Below, piece by piece: positions 1-12,542 of a stretch of DNA of 64,000 bases. The notes under the pieces were generated by a model that was not told the origin of the DNA, searched no databases, and saw nothing but the letters and a program-made list of their open reading frames with translations. The position numbers and the translations under genes are program-made. The DNA comes from Anaeromyxobacteraceae bacterium (GTDB lineage Bacteria; Myxococcota; Myxococcia; Myxococcales; Anaeromyxobacteraceae), in contig JASGHJ010000001.1 of assembly GCA_047602405.1 (NCBI GenBank), forward strand, positions 1,056,001 to 1,120,000. Reading direction: 5' to 3'. Within the stretch, counting starts at the first letter, position 1. The number at the start of each line of letters is the position of its first letter.

Positions 1-348
1 GAGGGTCGCCTGCCCGCAGGCCTCGGCGCCCTCGAGCAGCGTGGCGGGGATCGCCTCGCCGCGGGCGAGCCAGGCGCGCAGCTCCGCCTGCGTCTCCGGG
101 CCGTCGCCACCGTGCACGAAGATGGCCGGCACCGAGGTCCGCGGGCGGCAGCCCGGGGCCTCCGTGAGGACGCGCACCGGGAGCCCGCGCGCGAAACGCC
201 CGACGAGGCACCGCTGGTGCTTGCCGGGCCCGACGGTGCACCAGCTCGCCACGGCCACCGTCGGCGCGGGCGACCCCGCCCGGGAGGGCGCGGCACAGGT
301 CACGCCCGCGAGGAAGGCGAGGCTCGGGGCGAGGTGCCGGACACGCAT
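1..348 (-). CDS. Hypothetical secreted protein (partial, runs off window start)
   Basis: ATG at 348, open frame to position 1 (MRVRHLAPSLAFLAGVTCAAP...), signal-peptide-like N-terminus, GC3-rich codons. Confidence 0.5.
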   Translation of the reverse strand, partial: MRVRHLAPSLAFLAGVTCAAPSRAGSPAPTVAVASWCTVGPGKHQRCLVGRFARGLPVRVLTEAPGCRPRTSVPAIFVHGGDGPETQAELRAWLARGEAIPATLLEGAEACGQATL

Positions 349-400
349 GGTGTCGAGGATACGCGGCCGTGTGACCCGGTCGACAGGTGCGAAGGGCCGC

Positions 401-446
401 CCCTCGGCTTCGGGCCGCTTCGCGGCCCTACGCTCGGGGCGCACGG
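401..446 (+). repeat. REP-like palindromic repeat, intact copy
   Basis: CCCTCGGCTTC-GGGCCGC-TTC-GCGGCCC-TACGCTCGGGGCGCACGG; related copies at 17438-17471/19028-19039 and 37989-38036. Confidence 0.8.
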
Positions 447-476
447 AGGAACGGAGGGAACCGAGGGAACCGCCCC

Positions 477-492
477 CGTTCCACGTGGAACG
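477..492. promoter_or_regulatory. parS: parS centromere-like site
   Basis: Perfect palindrome CGTTCCACGTGGAACG matching the parS consensus; close to oriC. Confidence 0.9.
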
Positions 493-1464
493 TCAGCGCG
501 CCCCGCCGCGGACCCGCATCCAGCTCTCGAAGAACGCGCGCGGCCCGGCCTTCACGAGCTTCACGACGGTCGCCCGGCCCTCGACGCGCTCGATGTGCCG
601 CGCCGCCCGCGCGCCGAGGCGGGCGAAGAGCCGCTCCTCGTGAAGCCCGCGCAGCAGCTCCTTCGTGGCGGCGTCCGCGAGGCCGCCGCGCTCCGCCCGC
701 CTCGCGAGCTCGGCGTGGACCTCGAGGTACCGCGCCTCCAGCCGCCGCATGGCCGCGTCGTCGGAGAGCGCCCGGTAGTCCTCGTCGTCGAGCGCCTTCT
801 CGCGCTCGCGGAGGCCGAGCGCGGTCCAGGTCGCGAGCCCCTCGAGCGCGAGGTGGAACTCGGCCTCGGCGAGGAGGTCCGCCGCGGTGCCGCGCGCCTC
901 GAGGGGCCGCGGCGGGTTGTAGGCGAGGAACACGACCTCGTGGCACTCCGCCAGCGCCACGTACCGGAGCGCGCCGGGGTGCGCCTCGAGCCAGGGGTGC
1001 CCGGCGTCGACGCTCGCGTCGCCGGGCGAGGCGGTGCCGACGAGGGTGTCGCTGAAGATCAGGTGCAGGTGGATCTCGACGTCGGCGTCCCTCGGCACCG
1101 CGGCCCGGAGCGCGTCCCGCCAGACGAGGTCGCGGCGGAGCGGGCCCTCGAACTCGTCGAGCACCTTGCGCGCCTCGGGGAGCCGCGCCGCGAGGACCTC
1201 CCGCGGCGTGACGAGCCGGAGCGCGAGCTCGCGGGTCGAGCCGCGCGGCACGTCGGCGCGCTCGGCGAACCGCGCGTGCGTGAGGAGGTGCGTGAGCGCC
1301 GGCGTCGCGGCGAGGGCCTGCAGCTTGGCCGGGTCTCCGGTCTCGACGTATGCGATCGCGTACCTCGCCGCGGAGGCGTCCAGCCGCACCGACGGGCCCG
1401 GGTGCACGGCCACGGGCCGGGCGGCGAGCGCGAAGGAGAGCAGGAGCGCGGCGGCGAGGGGCAT
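493..1464 (-). CDS. Secreted putative Zn-dependent protease-like protein (DUF5700-like)
   Basis: Signal peptide; AECHE and downstream EGLATW resemble a degenerate gluzincin motif. Confidence 0.5.
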   Translation of the reverse strand: MPLAAALLLSFALAARPVAVHPGPSVRLDASAARYAIAYVETGDPAKLQALAATPALTHLLTHARFAERADVPRGSTRELALRLVTPREVLAARLPEARKVLDEFEGPLRRDLVWRDALRAAVPRDADVEIHLHLIFSDTLVGTASPGDASVDAGHPWLEAHPGALRYVALAECHEVVFLAYNPPRPLEARGTAADLLAEAEFHLALEGLATWTALGLREREKALDDEDYRALSDDAAMRRLEARYLEVHAELARRAERGGLADAATKELLRGLHEERLFARLGARAARHIERVEGRATVVKLVKAGPRAFFESWMRVRGGAR

Positions 1465-1501
1465 CGGACCTTCCTCCGGAAGGAGAGCCTAGCCTCGCCG
1501 A

Positions 1502-1517
1502 TGTTCCACGTGAAACT
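1502..1517. promoter_or_regulatory. parS: parS site (second copy)
   Basis: TGTTCCACGTGAAACT, near-consensus parS just downstream of rsmG. Confidence 0.85.
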
Positions 1518-1542
1518 TTCCCTCGCCTCCGCGGCCGCGCCG

Positions 1543-2229
1543 CTAGGCTCGGGTCGGGGCGGGAGGCGTCCCGGCGGCCTCCCCGGCCGCCCGGAACGTC
1601 GCGATCGCCCGCGCCGCGCCCGACCTCGGCAGCGTGAAGCGCTCGAGCCGCTCGAGCGAGAGCCCGGCGCCCTGGCCGAGCGCCGCGAGCGCGGCCTCGT
1701 CGGCCTCGCGCCCGAGCATCGCGAGCACCCGCCCACCGGGCAGCACGTAGCGGGCGGCGAGCGGGAGCCACGCGGCCGGCTCGGCGAACGCGCGCGACAC
1801 CACCGCCTCGCAGCGCGGGAGCCGCTCGCGCTCCGGCGCCCCCTCCGCGCGGGTCGCGACCGCCCGCACGGCGAGCCCGAGCTCCGCGGCGACCGCCTTC
1901 ACGAACGCGACCTTCTTCGCGACCGAGTCGACGCAGGTGACCTCGAGGTCCGGCCGCGCGCAGGCGAGCGCCGCGCCCGGCAGCCCCGCGCCGGCGCCGA
2001 CGTCGAGCAGCGTGCGCGCCCCCGCGACGGCGCCGAGCGCGAGCAAGGAGTCGACGAGGTGCTTCTCGGCGACCTCGGCCGGCGCGGTGATGGCGGTGAG
2101 GTTGACCTTCCGGTTCCAGGCGAGGAGCCGGTCGGCGTAGCGTTCCAGCTTCTCCTGGGCGGCGGCGTCGACGGGCAGCCCGAAGTGCGCGAGGCCGTCC
2201 CGGAGCGCGTCCTTGAACGCGGCGTCCAC
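1543..2229 (-). CDS. rsmG: 16S rRNA m7G527 methyltransferase
   Basis: [28 protein letters not shown] and VVSRAF motifs; origin-proximal location. Confidence 0.95.
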   Translation of the reverse strand: MDAAFKDALRDGLAHFGLPVDAAAQEKLERYADRLLAWNRKVNLTAITAPAEVAEKHLVDSLLALGAVAGARTLLDVGAGAGLPGAALACARPDLEVTCVDSVAKKVAFVKAVAAELGLAVRAVATRAEGAPERERLPRCEAVVSRAFAEPAAWLPLAARYVLPGGRVLAMLGREADEAALAALGQGAGLSLERLERFTLPRSGAARAIATFRAAGEAAGTPPAPTRA

Positions 2230-2232
2230 GGC

Positions 2233-2559
2233 TCAGGCCTCGTCGTCGTCGTCGGAGGCGGCGTCGACGGAGCCCGCCGCGTCGTCGCCGCCGGCCCCGC
2301 CCCGCGCCTCGCCGCTCGGCGCGGTGCCCGGCCGCCGCGGCGCGGGCTGGGTGCCCTTGCGGCCGATGGCGCGCTCGACCTCCTCGCGGTGCGCCGCGAG
2401 GAAGGCGGCGACCTCGGCGTCGGTCAGCTCGAGGTCGCGCAGCACGCCGTCGTACACGAACTTGAAGCCCGCCTCGTACTGCTTCTCCTGCAGCTCGAAG
2501 GAGCGCCGGAGCACCGCCGCCGAGAACAGCCGCTCGTCGCGCGTCTTCGGGCGGGCCAT
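2233..2559 (-). CDS. Hypothetical protein
   Basis: 108-aa ORF tightly packed between jag and rsmG with 3-bp gaps; typical codon usage. Confidence 0.7.
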   Translation of the reverse strand: MARPKTRDERLFSAAVLRRSFELQEKQYEAGFKFVYDGVLRDLELTDAEVAAFLAAHREEVERAIGRKGTQPAPRRPGTAPSGEARGGAGGDDAAGSVDAASDDDDEA

Positions 2560-2562
2560 CGG

Positions 2563-3072
2563 CTACGCCCCCGGCTTGGGCTCGGGGACGATGAGGAGCT
2601 GGCGGAAGAGCCCCTCGCCCTCGCTGCGCGTCGAGACGCCCTCGACGCCCACGAGCGCCATGTGGATTTGGCGCCGCTCGCGCGCCGAGATCGGCGCGAG
2701 CGCGAGCACCTTGCCGGTGCGGCGCGCGGTGGCGGCGAGCCGCTCCGCCATCGCCTTCACCGCGGGGTCGGTCTCGTCGGCGAAGCCGCCCACATCGAGG
2801 TTCACCCACTTGCGCCCCTCGGTGCGCGGGTTCACGACGCGGTTCACGAGCACCTGCACCGCCTCGACGAGCGCGCCGCCGAGCTCGAGCGCGTTGCCCG
2901 CGTTCGGCGAGAGCGAGAGGCCGATCGCCTCGGGCGTCTCCTTCACGGCGACGGCGACGTCGCCGCCCATCCGCCGGAGGAGCTCCTCGGTGAACGCCTT
3001 CGCGCGCGCCACCTTCTCGGGCGCCTCGCGCGGCGGGGGCGGGGCGTTCTCGCGGTCGTCGCGGCCGTTCAT
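2563..3072 (-). CDS. jag: Jag/KhpB-like RNA-binding protein (R3H domain)
   Basis: ARERRQIHMAL...STRSEGEG R3H motif downstream of yidC; alternative GTG start at 3081. Confidence 0.85.
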   Translation of the reverse strand: MNGRDDRENAPPPPREAPEKVARAKAFTEELLRRMGGDVAVAVKETPEAIGLSLSPNAGNALELGGALVEAVQVLVNRVVNPRTEGRKWVNLDVGGFADETDPAVKAMAERLAATARRTGKVLALAPISARERRQIHMALVGVEGVSTRSEGEGLFRQLLIVPEPKPGA

Positions 3073-3077
3073 GGTCG

Positions 3078-4733
3078 TCACCCCTTCGCCGGCGCGGTGG
3101 GGGCCGGCATGGCGCGCATCATGATCTGCTGCTGCGCGATGGAGAGCACGTTGTTGACGAAGATGTAGAGCGTGAGGCCGCCCGGCACCGCCAGCATCAT
3201 GAACGTGAAGAAGCCGGGCATGAAGTACAGCATCATCTTCGCCTGGGCCGGGTCGCCCGGCTGCGGCGAGATCTTCTGCATCACGAACTGCGAGATGCCC
3301 ATCGCGATGGGGAAGACGTAGTACGGGTCCTTGCGGGTGAGGTCCGCCATCCAGAGGAACGGCTCGGCGTAGAGCTCGACCGAGGTCTGCAGGGTCGCGT
3401 AGAGCGCGAACCAGATCGGCATCTGCAGGAGGAGCGGGAGGCAGCCGGAGAACGGGTTCACCTTGTTCTGCCGGTAGAGCTCCATCATCGCGACGTTCAT
3501 CTTCTCCTTGTCGTCGCCGTGCTTCGCCTTGAGCGCCTCGACCTGCGGCTGCAGCGCCTTCATCGCGTTCATCGACTTGATCTGCGCGATGGTGAGCGGG
3601 AACAGCAGCACCTTCACGAGCACCGTGAGGAGGATGATCGCGACGCCCCAGTTGTGCGTGAGCCCCTCGAACCAGCGGAGCACGTAGAGCAGCACGCGGG
3701 CGAAGAGCGCGAAGGGCCGGGCCGCCCAGCCGTAGTCGAGGGCGGTCGAGAACTCGCGGCCGTAGCCGCGGAGCGTATCGAGCTCCTTCGGGCCCGTGTA
3801 CACCTTCAGTGAACTCGTCAGCGCTCCACCCTGGGCCGGCAGGCGCACCGCGGTGAGGCCGGCGCCCTTGACCGGGCCGTCGGCGAAGGCGCACTGGCCG
3901 GCCGCCGGCTCGGGGATCAGGGCGGAGACGAAGTAGCCCTGGTCCATGCCGGCCCACTGGACGACGCCCGGCTCGGTGGCCGCGCCCTTGCCGAGGTCGA
4001 AGCGGTGGGTCTCCTCGCCCGCCCGGCAGATGGGGCGCACGAACTCGACCGGCGGGCCGGCGAGGAAGCCGCGCGAGCCGGTCTCCGGCGGGAAGTAGCC
4101 GGGGTAGAGGACGACGATCCCGGCGTTGTCGGCGGCCGGGCCGGAGGCCTGGAGCTCGAGCGCGAGCTCGTGGGGCCTGCCGGTCAGGCGGATTGTCTTC
4201 TTGATCGTGGCCTGGCCGGTCTTGCCCTCGAAGGTGATCGAGGTCGCGTCCTTCGCGACGACGCGCATCGCGGCGAGCGTGGACGGGTCCTTCGCGCCGT
4301 CGGCGGCGCCGCCCCACTCCGGCGTCGCGACGGTGGCGAGCGGGTACGGCTGGCCCTCGGCGATGCGCACGAGGTCGATGGGCAGCTTCGCGCCCTTCGC
4401 GTCCTCGCGCGTGAACTTGTGCCCCTGCAGCACGACGTGCTTCACCGCGCCGCCGTGCGACGAGACCGTCACCTCGAAGTCGGCGCCCCGGAGGACGTGG
4501 AGCTCCTCCGGCGCGTCGGGCACGGCCTCGAGCTGCGGGACCGGCGCCGTGCCGGGCGGCGGCGCGGTGGGCGCGCCCGCGGGGCCGGTGGGCGCCGCGG
4601 GGGCCGGCGCGCTCGCGGTCTCGGCGGGCTTCCTCGGCGGGGGCTTCGGCTGCGGGAACAGCACCTGCCAGCCGAGCAGGATGGCCATCGAGACGACGGT
4701 GAACAGGATCAGGCGGCGGGTGTCGCTGGACAC
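3078..4733 (-). CDS. yidC: Membrane protein insertase YidC
   Basis: NWGVAIILLT, KVNPFSGCLPLLLQMPIW and GLTLY motifs. Confidence 0.97.
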   Translation of the reverse strand: MSSDTRRLILFTVVSMAILLGWQVLFPQPKPPPRKPAETASAPAPAAPTGPAGAPTAPPPGTAPVPQLEAVPDAPEELHVLRGADFEVTVSSHGGAVKHVVLQGHKFTREDAKGAKLPIDLVRIAEGQPYPLATVATPEWGGAADGAKDPSTLAAMRVVAKDATSITFEGKTGQATIKKTIRLTGRPHELALELQASGPAADNAGIVVLYPGYFPPETGSRGFLAGPPVEFVRPICRAGEETHRFDLGKGAATEPGVVQWAGMDQGYFVSALIPEPAAGQCAFADGPVKGAGLTAVRLPAQGGALTSSLKVYTGPKELDTLRGYGREFSTALDYGWAARPFALFARVLLYVLRWFEGLTHNWGVAIILLTVLVKVLLFPLTIAQIKSMNAMKALQPQVEALKAKHGDDKEKMNVAMMELYRQNKVNPFSGCLPLLLQMPIWFALYATLQTSVELYAEPFLWMADLTRKDPYYVFPIAMGISQFVMQKISPQPGDPAQAKMMLYFMPGFFTFMMLAVPGGLTLYIFVNNVLSIAQQQIMMRAMPAPTAPAKG

Positions 4734-4763
4734 GTGAGGACCTCTCTCTTCGAAGCGAGCGCT

Positions 4764-4976
4764 TCAGGGCACCGGATCGATGCCGCCGGGGTGGAAGGGG
4801 TGGCAGCGCGCGAGGCGCCGCACGGTGAGCCAGGAGCCGCGCAGCGCGCCGTGCTTCTCGAGCGCGCCGAGGGCGTAGGCCGAGCAGGTGGGGTGGAACC
4901 TGCAGGCCGGGGGGAGGAGCGGCGACACGAGCCGCCGGTACAGCTTCACCAGGAGTAGAAGGAGCCCCCGGATCAC
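4764..4976 (-). CDS. yidD: Membrane protein insertion efficiency factor
   Basis: [10 protein letters not shown]...[14 protein letters not shown]. Confidence 0.97.
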   Translation of the reverse strand: MIRGLLLLLVKLYRRLVSPLLPPACRFHPTCSAYALGALEKHGALRGSWLTVRRLARCHPFHPGGIDPVP

Positions 4977-5353
4977 GCGCGCGCGCCTCCGGAGGGGCCG
5001 CCGGACGGGGCGGGGCCGGGGAGCTCTCCGAGCCGGGCGCGGGCCGCCGCGAGGGCGCGGCGGATGCCGTCGAGTCCTGCCTCGGGGGCGGTGCTCCGGG
5101 CGATCACGACCAGATCGACCGGCGGCCAGTCGGCGCGGGTCGCGCGATAGGCCTCGCGCACCCAGCGCTTCACCCGGTTGCGCACCACCGCGTTGCCGAT
5201 CTTGGACGACACCGTGATCCCGATCCGCGGGACGCGCCCGCCGGCCGGGAGGGCGATCACGACGACGTCACCGGCGTGGAGCCGCGTTCCGCGCTGCTGG
5301 ACCCGCAGGAACTCACGGCGGCGACGCAGCCTCGCCGCCTTCGGCAGGTTCAC
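4973..5353 (-). CDS. rnpA: Ribonuclease P protein component
   Basis: [21 protein letters not shown] motif; GTG start at 5353. Confidence 0.95.
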   Translation of the reverse strand: MNLPKAARLRRRREFLRVQQRGTRLHAGDVVVIALPAGGRVPRIGITVSSKIGNAVVRNRVKRWVREAYRATRADWPPVDLVVIARSTAPEAGLDGIRRALAAARARLGELPGPAPSGGPSGGARA

Positions 5354-5361
5354 TCGTGGTT

Positions 5362-5511
5362 CTACTTCTTCGGCGCGCGCGGCGCGAGCTTCTTGCGCCC
5401 CTTGGCGCGACGACGCTGGAGGACGTTGCGGCCGCCCGGGGTCTTCATCCGCTTGCGGAACCCGTGGGTGCGGTTCAGGCGGCGCTTCTTCGGCTGGTAA
5501 GTACGCTTCAT
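5362..5511 (-). CDS. rpmH: 50S ribosomal protein L34 (not in the ORF track)
   Basis: Translated by hand: [49 protein letters not shown]. Confidence 0.97.
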   Translation of the reverse strand: MKRTYQPKKRRLNRTHGFRKRMKTPGGRNVLQRRRAKGRKKLAPRAPKK

Positions 5512-5839
5512 GGCGGGGCAAACTCCTCGATCGACGCCGGTGTGTCAAGGTTCGCGCGCGATCGGAGGGCGCGATCGCGGATCACGCGGCGGCCGGTCCC
5601 CCGATCGTCACATGGGGCGTTCGCAAAACCGCCGTCGTTTCGCGAAGGCTCGCGATCGCGAAACCTCTCGCTTGAACTCGCCACGGATCCTTCGCTAACT
5701 TGCGCCTCCACGCGACAGCACCTCGCCTGACTCCTCGCCGTCCGGCCGTACACGCGCACCACCCTCAGCCTCACCGCCGACAGCAACTCCGCGGCGGACG
5801 TCACCTTTTTCTCGTCGTGGTCATCGGGCCCCCGGAAAC

Positions 5840-7243
5840 ATGGACCGACCTTCGGCAACCGCGCTCGACTCCGCCTCCATGGACGACCTCTGGGATCGCA
5901 TCGACGCGTACCTCCGCACGCGGCTGCGCCCGGATCTGTACGACCGCTGGTTCGCCCCGCTCCGGCCGCTCGCCCTGGGCGAGGGCCGGCTCGAGATCGC
6001 GGCCCCCGATCGGTTCCACCGCGACTTCGTCGAGGACAACTACCGCGCGTTCTTCGAGGAGTTCCTGCCGAACCTCCTCGGGAAGGCCCTCCCGGTCGCC
6101 TTCGTGGTCGACACCACCGCGACCCGTCCGGCGCCCGCCGCCGAGCCCGCCCTCACGCCCGCGCCGCGCCCTGCGGCGTCGGCCCCGACCGTGACCTCCG
6201 GTGCCGACGCCGGCGAGCCGCGCGACGTCCGGCCGAACCCGCGGTACACGTTCGACACCTTCGTCGTCGGCGACTCGAACCAGTTCGCGTTCCACGCCGC
6301 GCGCGCCGTCGCCGACAACCCGGGCCACGTCTGGAACCCGCTTTTCCTCCACGGCGACTCCGGCCTCGGCAAGACCCACCTGCTCCACGCGCTCGCCCAC
6401 GGCATCCTCGACAAGCGGCCGAACGGCCGCGTCGCCATCGTCTCCTCCGAGCGCTACACGAACGACTTCGTCGCGGCGCTCTCCCGCGGCGGCATGGACG
6501 AGTTCCGCCGGAAGTACCGCGAGTGCTCGGCGCTCCTCGTCGACGACGTGCAGTTCCTCGCCGGCAAGGACAAGACCGCCGAGGAGTTCTTCCACACCTT
6601 CAACGAGCTGCACGAGCACCACGTGCAGATCGTCCTCAGCTCCGACCGCTCGCCGAAGGAGCTGAAGGGCCTGGACGCCCGGCTCTGCTCCCGCTTCGAG
6701 TGGGGCATGCGGGTCCAGATCGAGGCCCCGGAGTTCGAGACCCGCGCCGCGATCCTCAAGAAGAAGGCCGACGTCGAGCGGATCGCCTTGCCCGACGAGG
6801 TCACGCAGCTCCTCGCCACGCACATCCGCTCCAACGTGCGCGAGCTCGAGGGGGCGCTGATGCGCCTCGCCGCGTTCGCCTCGCTGAAGGGGGAGCCGAT
6901 CACCATCGCGCTCGCCCGCGACGTCCTCGGCGACCAGATCCCGCCGGAGGGGTACCGGCCGCCCATCGAGCGCATCCAGGAGGCCGTGGCGGCCCACTAC
7001 GGCCTCACGGTGGCGAAGCTGACCTCCTCGAACCGGGAGCAGAAGGTCGCCCTCCCGCGGCAGGTGGCGATGTACCTCTGCCGCGAGCTCGCGCAGGAGA
7101 AGCTCCAGCTCATCGCCGAGAAGTTCAACAAGAAGGACCACACCACCGTCATCTCCGCCGTCGAGCGCGTGAAGTCGCTCATGGAGACCGACGAGGCGGT
7201 GAGAACCGCCGTCCGGACGCTGACCTCCGCGCTCGTCCCCTGA
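5840..7243 (+). CDS. dnaA: Chromosomal replication initiator DnaA
   Basis: YTFDTFVVG, NPLFLHGDSGLGKTHL, LLVDDVQF, SNVRELEGAL, KDHTTV; start may be 5879. Confidence 0.98.
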   Translation: MDRPSATALDSASMDDLWDRIDAYLRTRLRPDLYDRWFAPLRPLALGEGRLEIAAPDRFHRDFVEDNYRAFFEEFLPNLLGKALPVAFVVDTTATRPAPAAEPALTPAPRPAASAPTVTSGADAGEPRDVRPNPRYTFDTFVVGDSNQFAFHAARAVADNPGHVWNPLFLHGDSGLGKTHLLHALAHGILDKRPNGRVAIVSSERYTNDFVAALSRGGMDEFRRKYRECSALLVDDVQFLAGKDKTAEEFFHTFNELHEHHVQIVLSSDRSPKELKGLDARLCSRFEWGMRVQIEAPEFETRAAILKKKADVERIALPDEVTQLLATHIRSNVRELEGALMRLAAFASLKGEPITIALARDVLGDQIPPEGYRPPIERIQEAVAAHYGLTVAKLTSSNREQKVALPRQVAMYLCRELAQEKLQLIAEKFNKKDHTTVISAVERVKSLMETDEAVRTAVRTLTSALVP

Positions 7244-7399
7244 CGGCCTCACCATGACCTCGGGTGTGCCCGGCCGGGCCCGGCCGAGGGCCGCCGTACG
7301 TCCCGAGCCTCCCCGCCGCGAGGCGATGGCGGCGCCGACCGGCGGTCCGCCCCGCGCCCAGGGTTCGGCCCTCCGGTTGCAGAGGGACCCCAGGCCTTC

Positions 7400-7625
7400 C
7401 GTCGCCTTTCGACCGATGTGGACAACATGTGGATGGAGCCCGGGTAACGCTGGGGACGCCGTGCGGACGCGTGTTGACAGGTTTTCCAGCAGCGGGATAC
7501 ACAAACTCGACCCCCTCCCAACCCCACGGATCACCCGCTCGAAAACGCGAGTCGATCCAGGGAGTCAGGTCGGTTGTCCACAGGGGCCTTCCCCCTGCTT
7601 CTACGACGAGCTTCTAGATAAGAGG
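7400..7625. promoter_or_regulatory. oriC: oriC: DnaA boxes and putative basal unwinding element
   Basis: dnaA-dnaN intergenic region; TGTGGACAA 7417-7425, TGTGGATGG 7428-7436, TTGTCCACA 7574-7582 followed by a GC run and trio-like TTC TAC GAC GAG. Confidence 0.8.
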
Positions 7626-7633
7626 ATCCTCAC

Positions 7634-8768
7634 ATGGAACTGAAGATCGGCATCGCGGAGCTCTCCAAGGCGCTGGGCCGGTCTCAGGGGATCGTGGAAA
7701 AGAAGAGGCACGATGCCGATCCTCTCGCACGTGCTCCTCGAGGCGAAGAAGGGCGGCGGCCTGGTGGTATCGGCGACCGACCTCGACATCGCCGTCTCGT
7801 CCGAGCACGCCTGCGAGGTCGTGAAGGAGGGCGCCGTCGCGGTGTCGGCCCGGCACCTCTACGACATCGTCCGCGCGCTGCCCGAGGCCGAGGTCACGCT
7901 GCGCCGCGCGCAGAACAACTACCTCGAGGTGAAGAGCGGGCCGTCCGAGTTCAAGATCGTCGGCCTGCCCGCCGAGGACTTCCCGACCCTGCCGCGCTTC
8001 GAGAAGGTCCCGTTCACCGACGTCCAGGCCGGCACGCTGCTCGAGATGATCGAGCGGACCTTCATGGCGGTCTCGAACGACGAGACCCGGTACAACCTGA
8101 ACGGCGTCTACTTCGAGCCGTCGGCCGAGGCGCTGCGCCTCGTCGCGACCGACGGGCACCGCCTGTCGATGTCCGAGAAGCCGCTCCAGGGCGGCTTCGG
8201 CCTGAAGCGCGGCGTGATCCTCCCGAAGAAGGGGCTCGCCGAGCTCCGGAAGCTCCTCTCCGAGGTCGCCGAGGCCGGCGCCGAGGAGGGCGCGGGCGAC
8301 ACGAAGCTCGGCTTCGTCGAGAACAGCGCGATCCTGCGCCGGCCGGGCGTCGTCCTCTCGATGCGGCTCATCGAGGGGCTCTTCCCGGACTACAAGCAGG
8401 TGATCCCGAAGACCGGCGACAAGGTCGTCTCGGTCGGCCGCGACCGCCTGCTCGAGACGCTCCGCCGCATCTCGATCCTGTCGACCGACAAGGCCCACGC
8501 GGTGAAGCTCGAGCTCGCGAAGGGCCACCTGCGCGTCACCTCGCAGAACCCGGACCTCGGCGAGGCGAAGGAGGAGGTCCCGGTCGAGTACGACGGGGAG
8601 GCGCTGAAGATCGGCTTCAACGCGCGCTACATCCTCGACGTGCTCGCGGTGCTGCGCTCGAAGGACGTGAAGCTCGAGCTCGCCGACGACCTCTCGCCCG
8701 GCGTCGTGAAGGGCGGCGACGAGGTCGACCAGGGCTTCACGGCCGTCGTGATGCCGATGCGCATCTGA
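7634..8768 (+). CDS. dnaN: DNA polymerase III beta clamp (apparent +1 frameshift at about 7707, probably a sequencing error)
   Basis: N-terminus MELKIGIAELSKALGRSQGIVEKK is in one frame and MPILSHVLL...ATDGHRL...VVMPMRI in another; removing one G restores EKKSTMPIL. Confidence 0.95.
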
Positions 8769-8784
8769 TCGCGGGGCCGTCTCG

Positions 8785-9900
8785 TTGCGGCTCCTCGGGC
8801 TCGCCCTCACGGACTTCCGGAACCTCGCGGCAGTGGCGCTCGAGCCGTCGCCGCGGGCGACCGTGCTCGTCGGCCAGAACGGCCAGGGGAAGACGAACCT
8901 CCTCGAGGCGATCTTCCTCCTCACGACGCTGAAGCCGCTGCGGGCGTCGCGCCTCGCCGAGCTCGTCCGGCACGGGCAACCCGGCGCGGCGGTGACCGGC
9001 GACTTCGAGGGGCCGGGCGGCGTGCGCGAGGTCGCGGTGCGGATCCAGGAGGGCGTCCGCACGGCGCTCCTGGACGGCAAGCCGCAGGAGCGGCTCGACA
9101 CGTACTTCGAGGGGCTCGCGGCGGTCGCGTTCACGCCGGACGACCTCTTGCTCGTGAAGGCGGGGCCGGACGGGCGGCGGCGGTTCGTCGACCGCGCCGC
9201 GTTCAACCGCTGGCCGGCGGTGCTCGCCGAGGCGCGCGAGTACGTGCGGGCGCTCCGCGCGCGGAACGCGGCGCTCCGGGCCGAGGGGCCGTCGGCCGAC
9301 GAGGTGGAGGCGAGCTTCCGCGCGCCGCTCGTGCGGGCGGGCGCCCGGCTGCTGCGCCGCCGGAGAGAGCTCGTGCAGGAGCTCTCTCCGCGCCTCAGGG
9401 AGGCGTTCGCGCGGATCTCCGGCGAGGGCGCGCCCGACGCACACCTCACGTACCGCACGGCGGGCGGGGTGCGGGTCGGCGGTGGGACCGAGGAGGAGCT
9501 CGCCGCCGGGCTCGCCGAGGCGCTCGCCTCCCGGCTGGAGCGCGACCGGCAGCGCGGGTTCACGAGCGTCGGGCCGCACGCGGATGACCTCGTGCTCGCG
9601 CTCGGCGGCCACGGCGCCCGCGGGTTCGGGAGCCAGGGCCAGCAGCGCGCGCTCGTGCTCGCGCTCAAGATCGCCGAGATCGAGAACCTGCGCGCGCAGA
9701 ACGGCCGGCCGCCGCTGCTCCTCCTCGACGACGTCTCCTCCGAGCTCGACCCTGCGAAGAACCGGTTCCTGCTCGACTACCTGCGCGCGCTGCCCGGACA
9801 GGCCTTCCTGACGACCACCGATCGCCGCCTGCTCGAGCCCGCCGCCGGCCCCGACACCGCCTTCTTCCAGGTCGTGTCCGGCACCGTTTTACCCCTCTGA
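8785..9900 (+). CDS. recF: DNA replication/repair protein RecF
   Basis: DFRNL, GQNGQGKTNLLEAI, GSQGQQR, LLLLDDVSSELD. Confidence 0.97.
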   Translation: MRLLGLALTDFRNLAAVALEPSPRATVLVGQNGQGKTNLLEAIFLLTTLKPLRASRLAELVRHGQPGAAVTGDFEGPGGVREVAVRIQEGVRTALLDGKPQERLDTYFEGLAAVAFTPDDLLLVKAGPDGRRRFVDRAAFNRWPAVLAEAREYVRALRARNAALRAEGPSADEVEASFRAPLVRAGARLLRRRRELVQELSPRLREAFARISGEGAPDAHLTYRTAGGVRVGGGTEEELAAGLAEALASRLERDRQRGFTSVGPHADDLVLALGGHGARGFGSQGQQRALVLALKIAEIENLRAQNGRPPLLLLDDVSSELDPAKNRFLLDYLRALPGQAFLTTTDRRLLEPAAGPDTAFFQVVSGTVLPL

Positions 9901-12531
<2,631 letters not shown>

Positions 12532-12542
12532 GAGGAGCCCAC

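Noticed and set aside
446..471. Short tandem GAGGGAACC repeats beside parS
   Set aside because: Two to three imperfect 9-mers; too short to assign a function
112..3168. Long ORFs such as 112-3168, 9982-12501, 24188-27289, 33401-36268 and 43437-46100
   Set aside because: Antisense or off-frame shadows of real genes, expected at this GC content; no recognisable motifs
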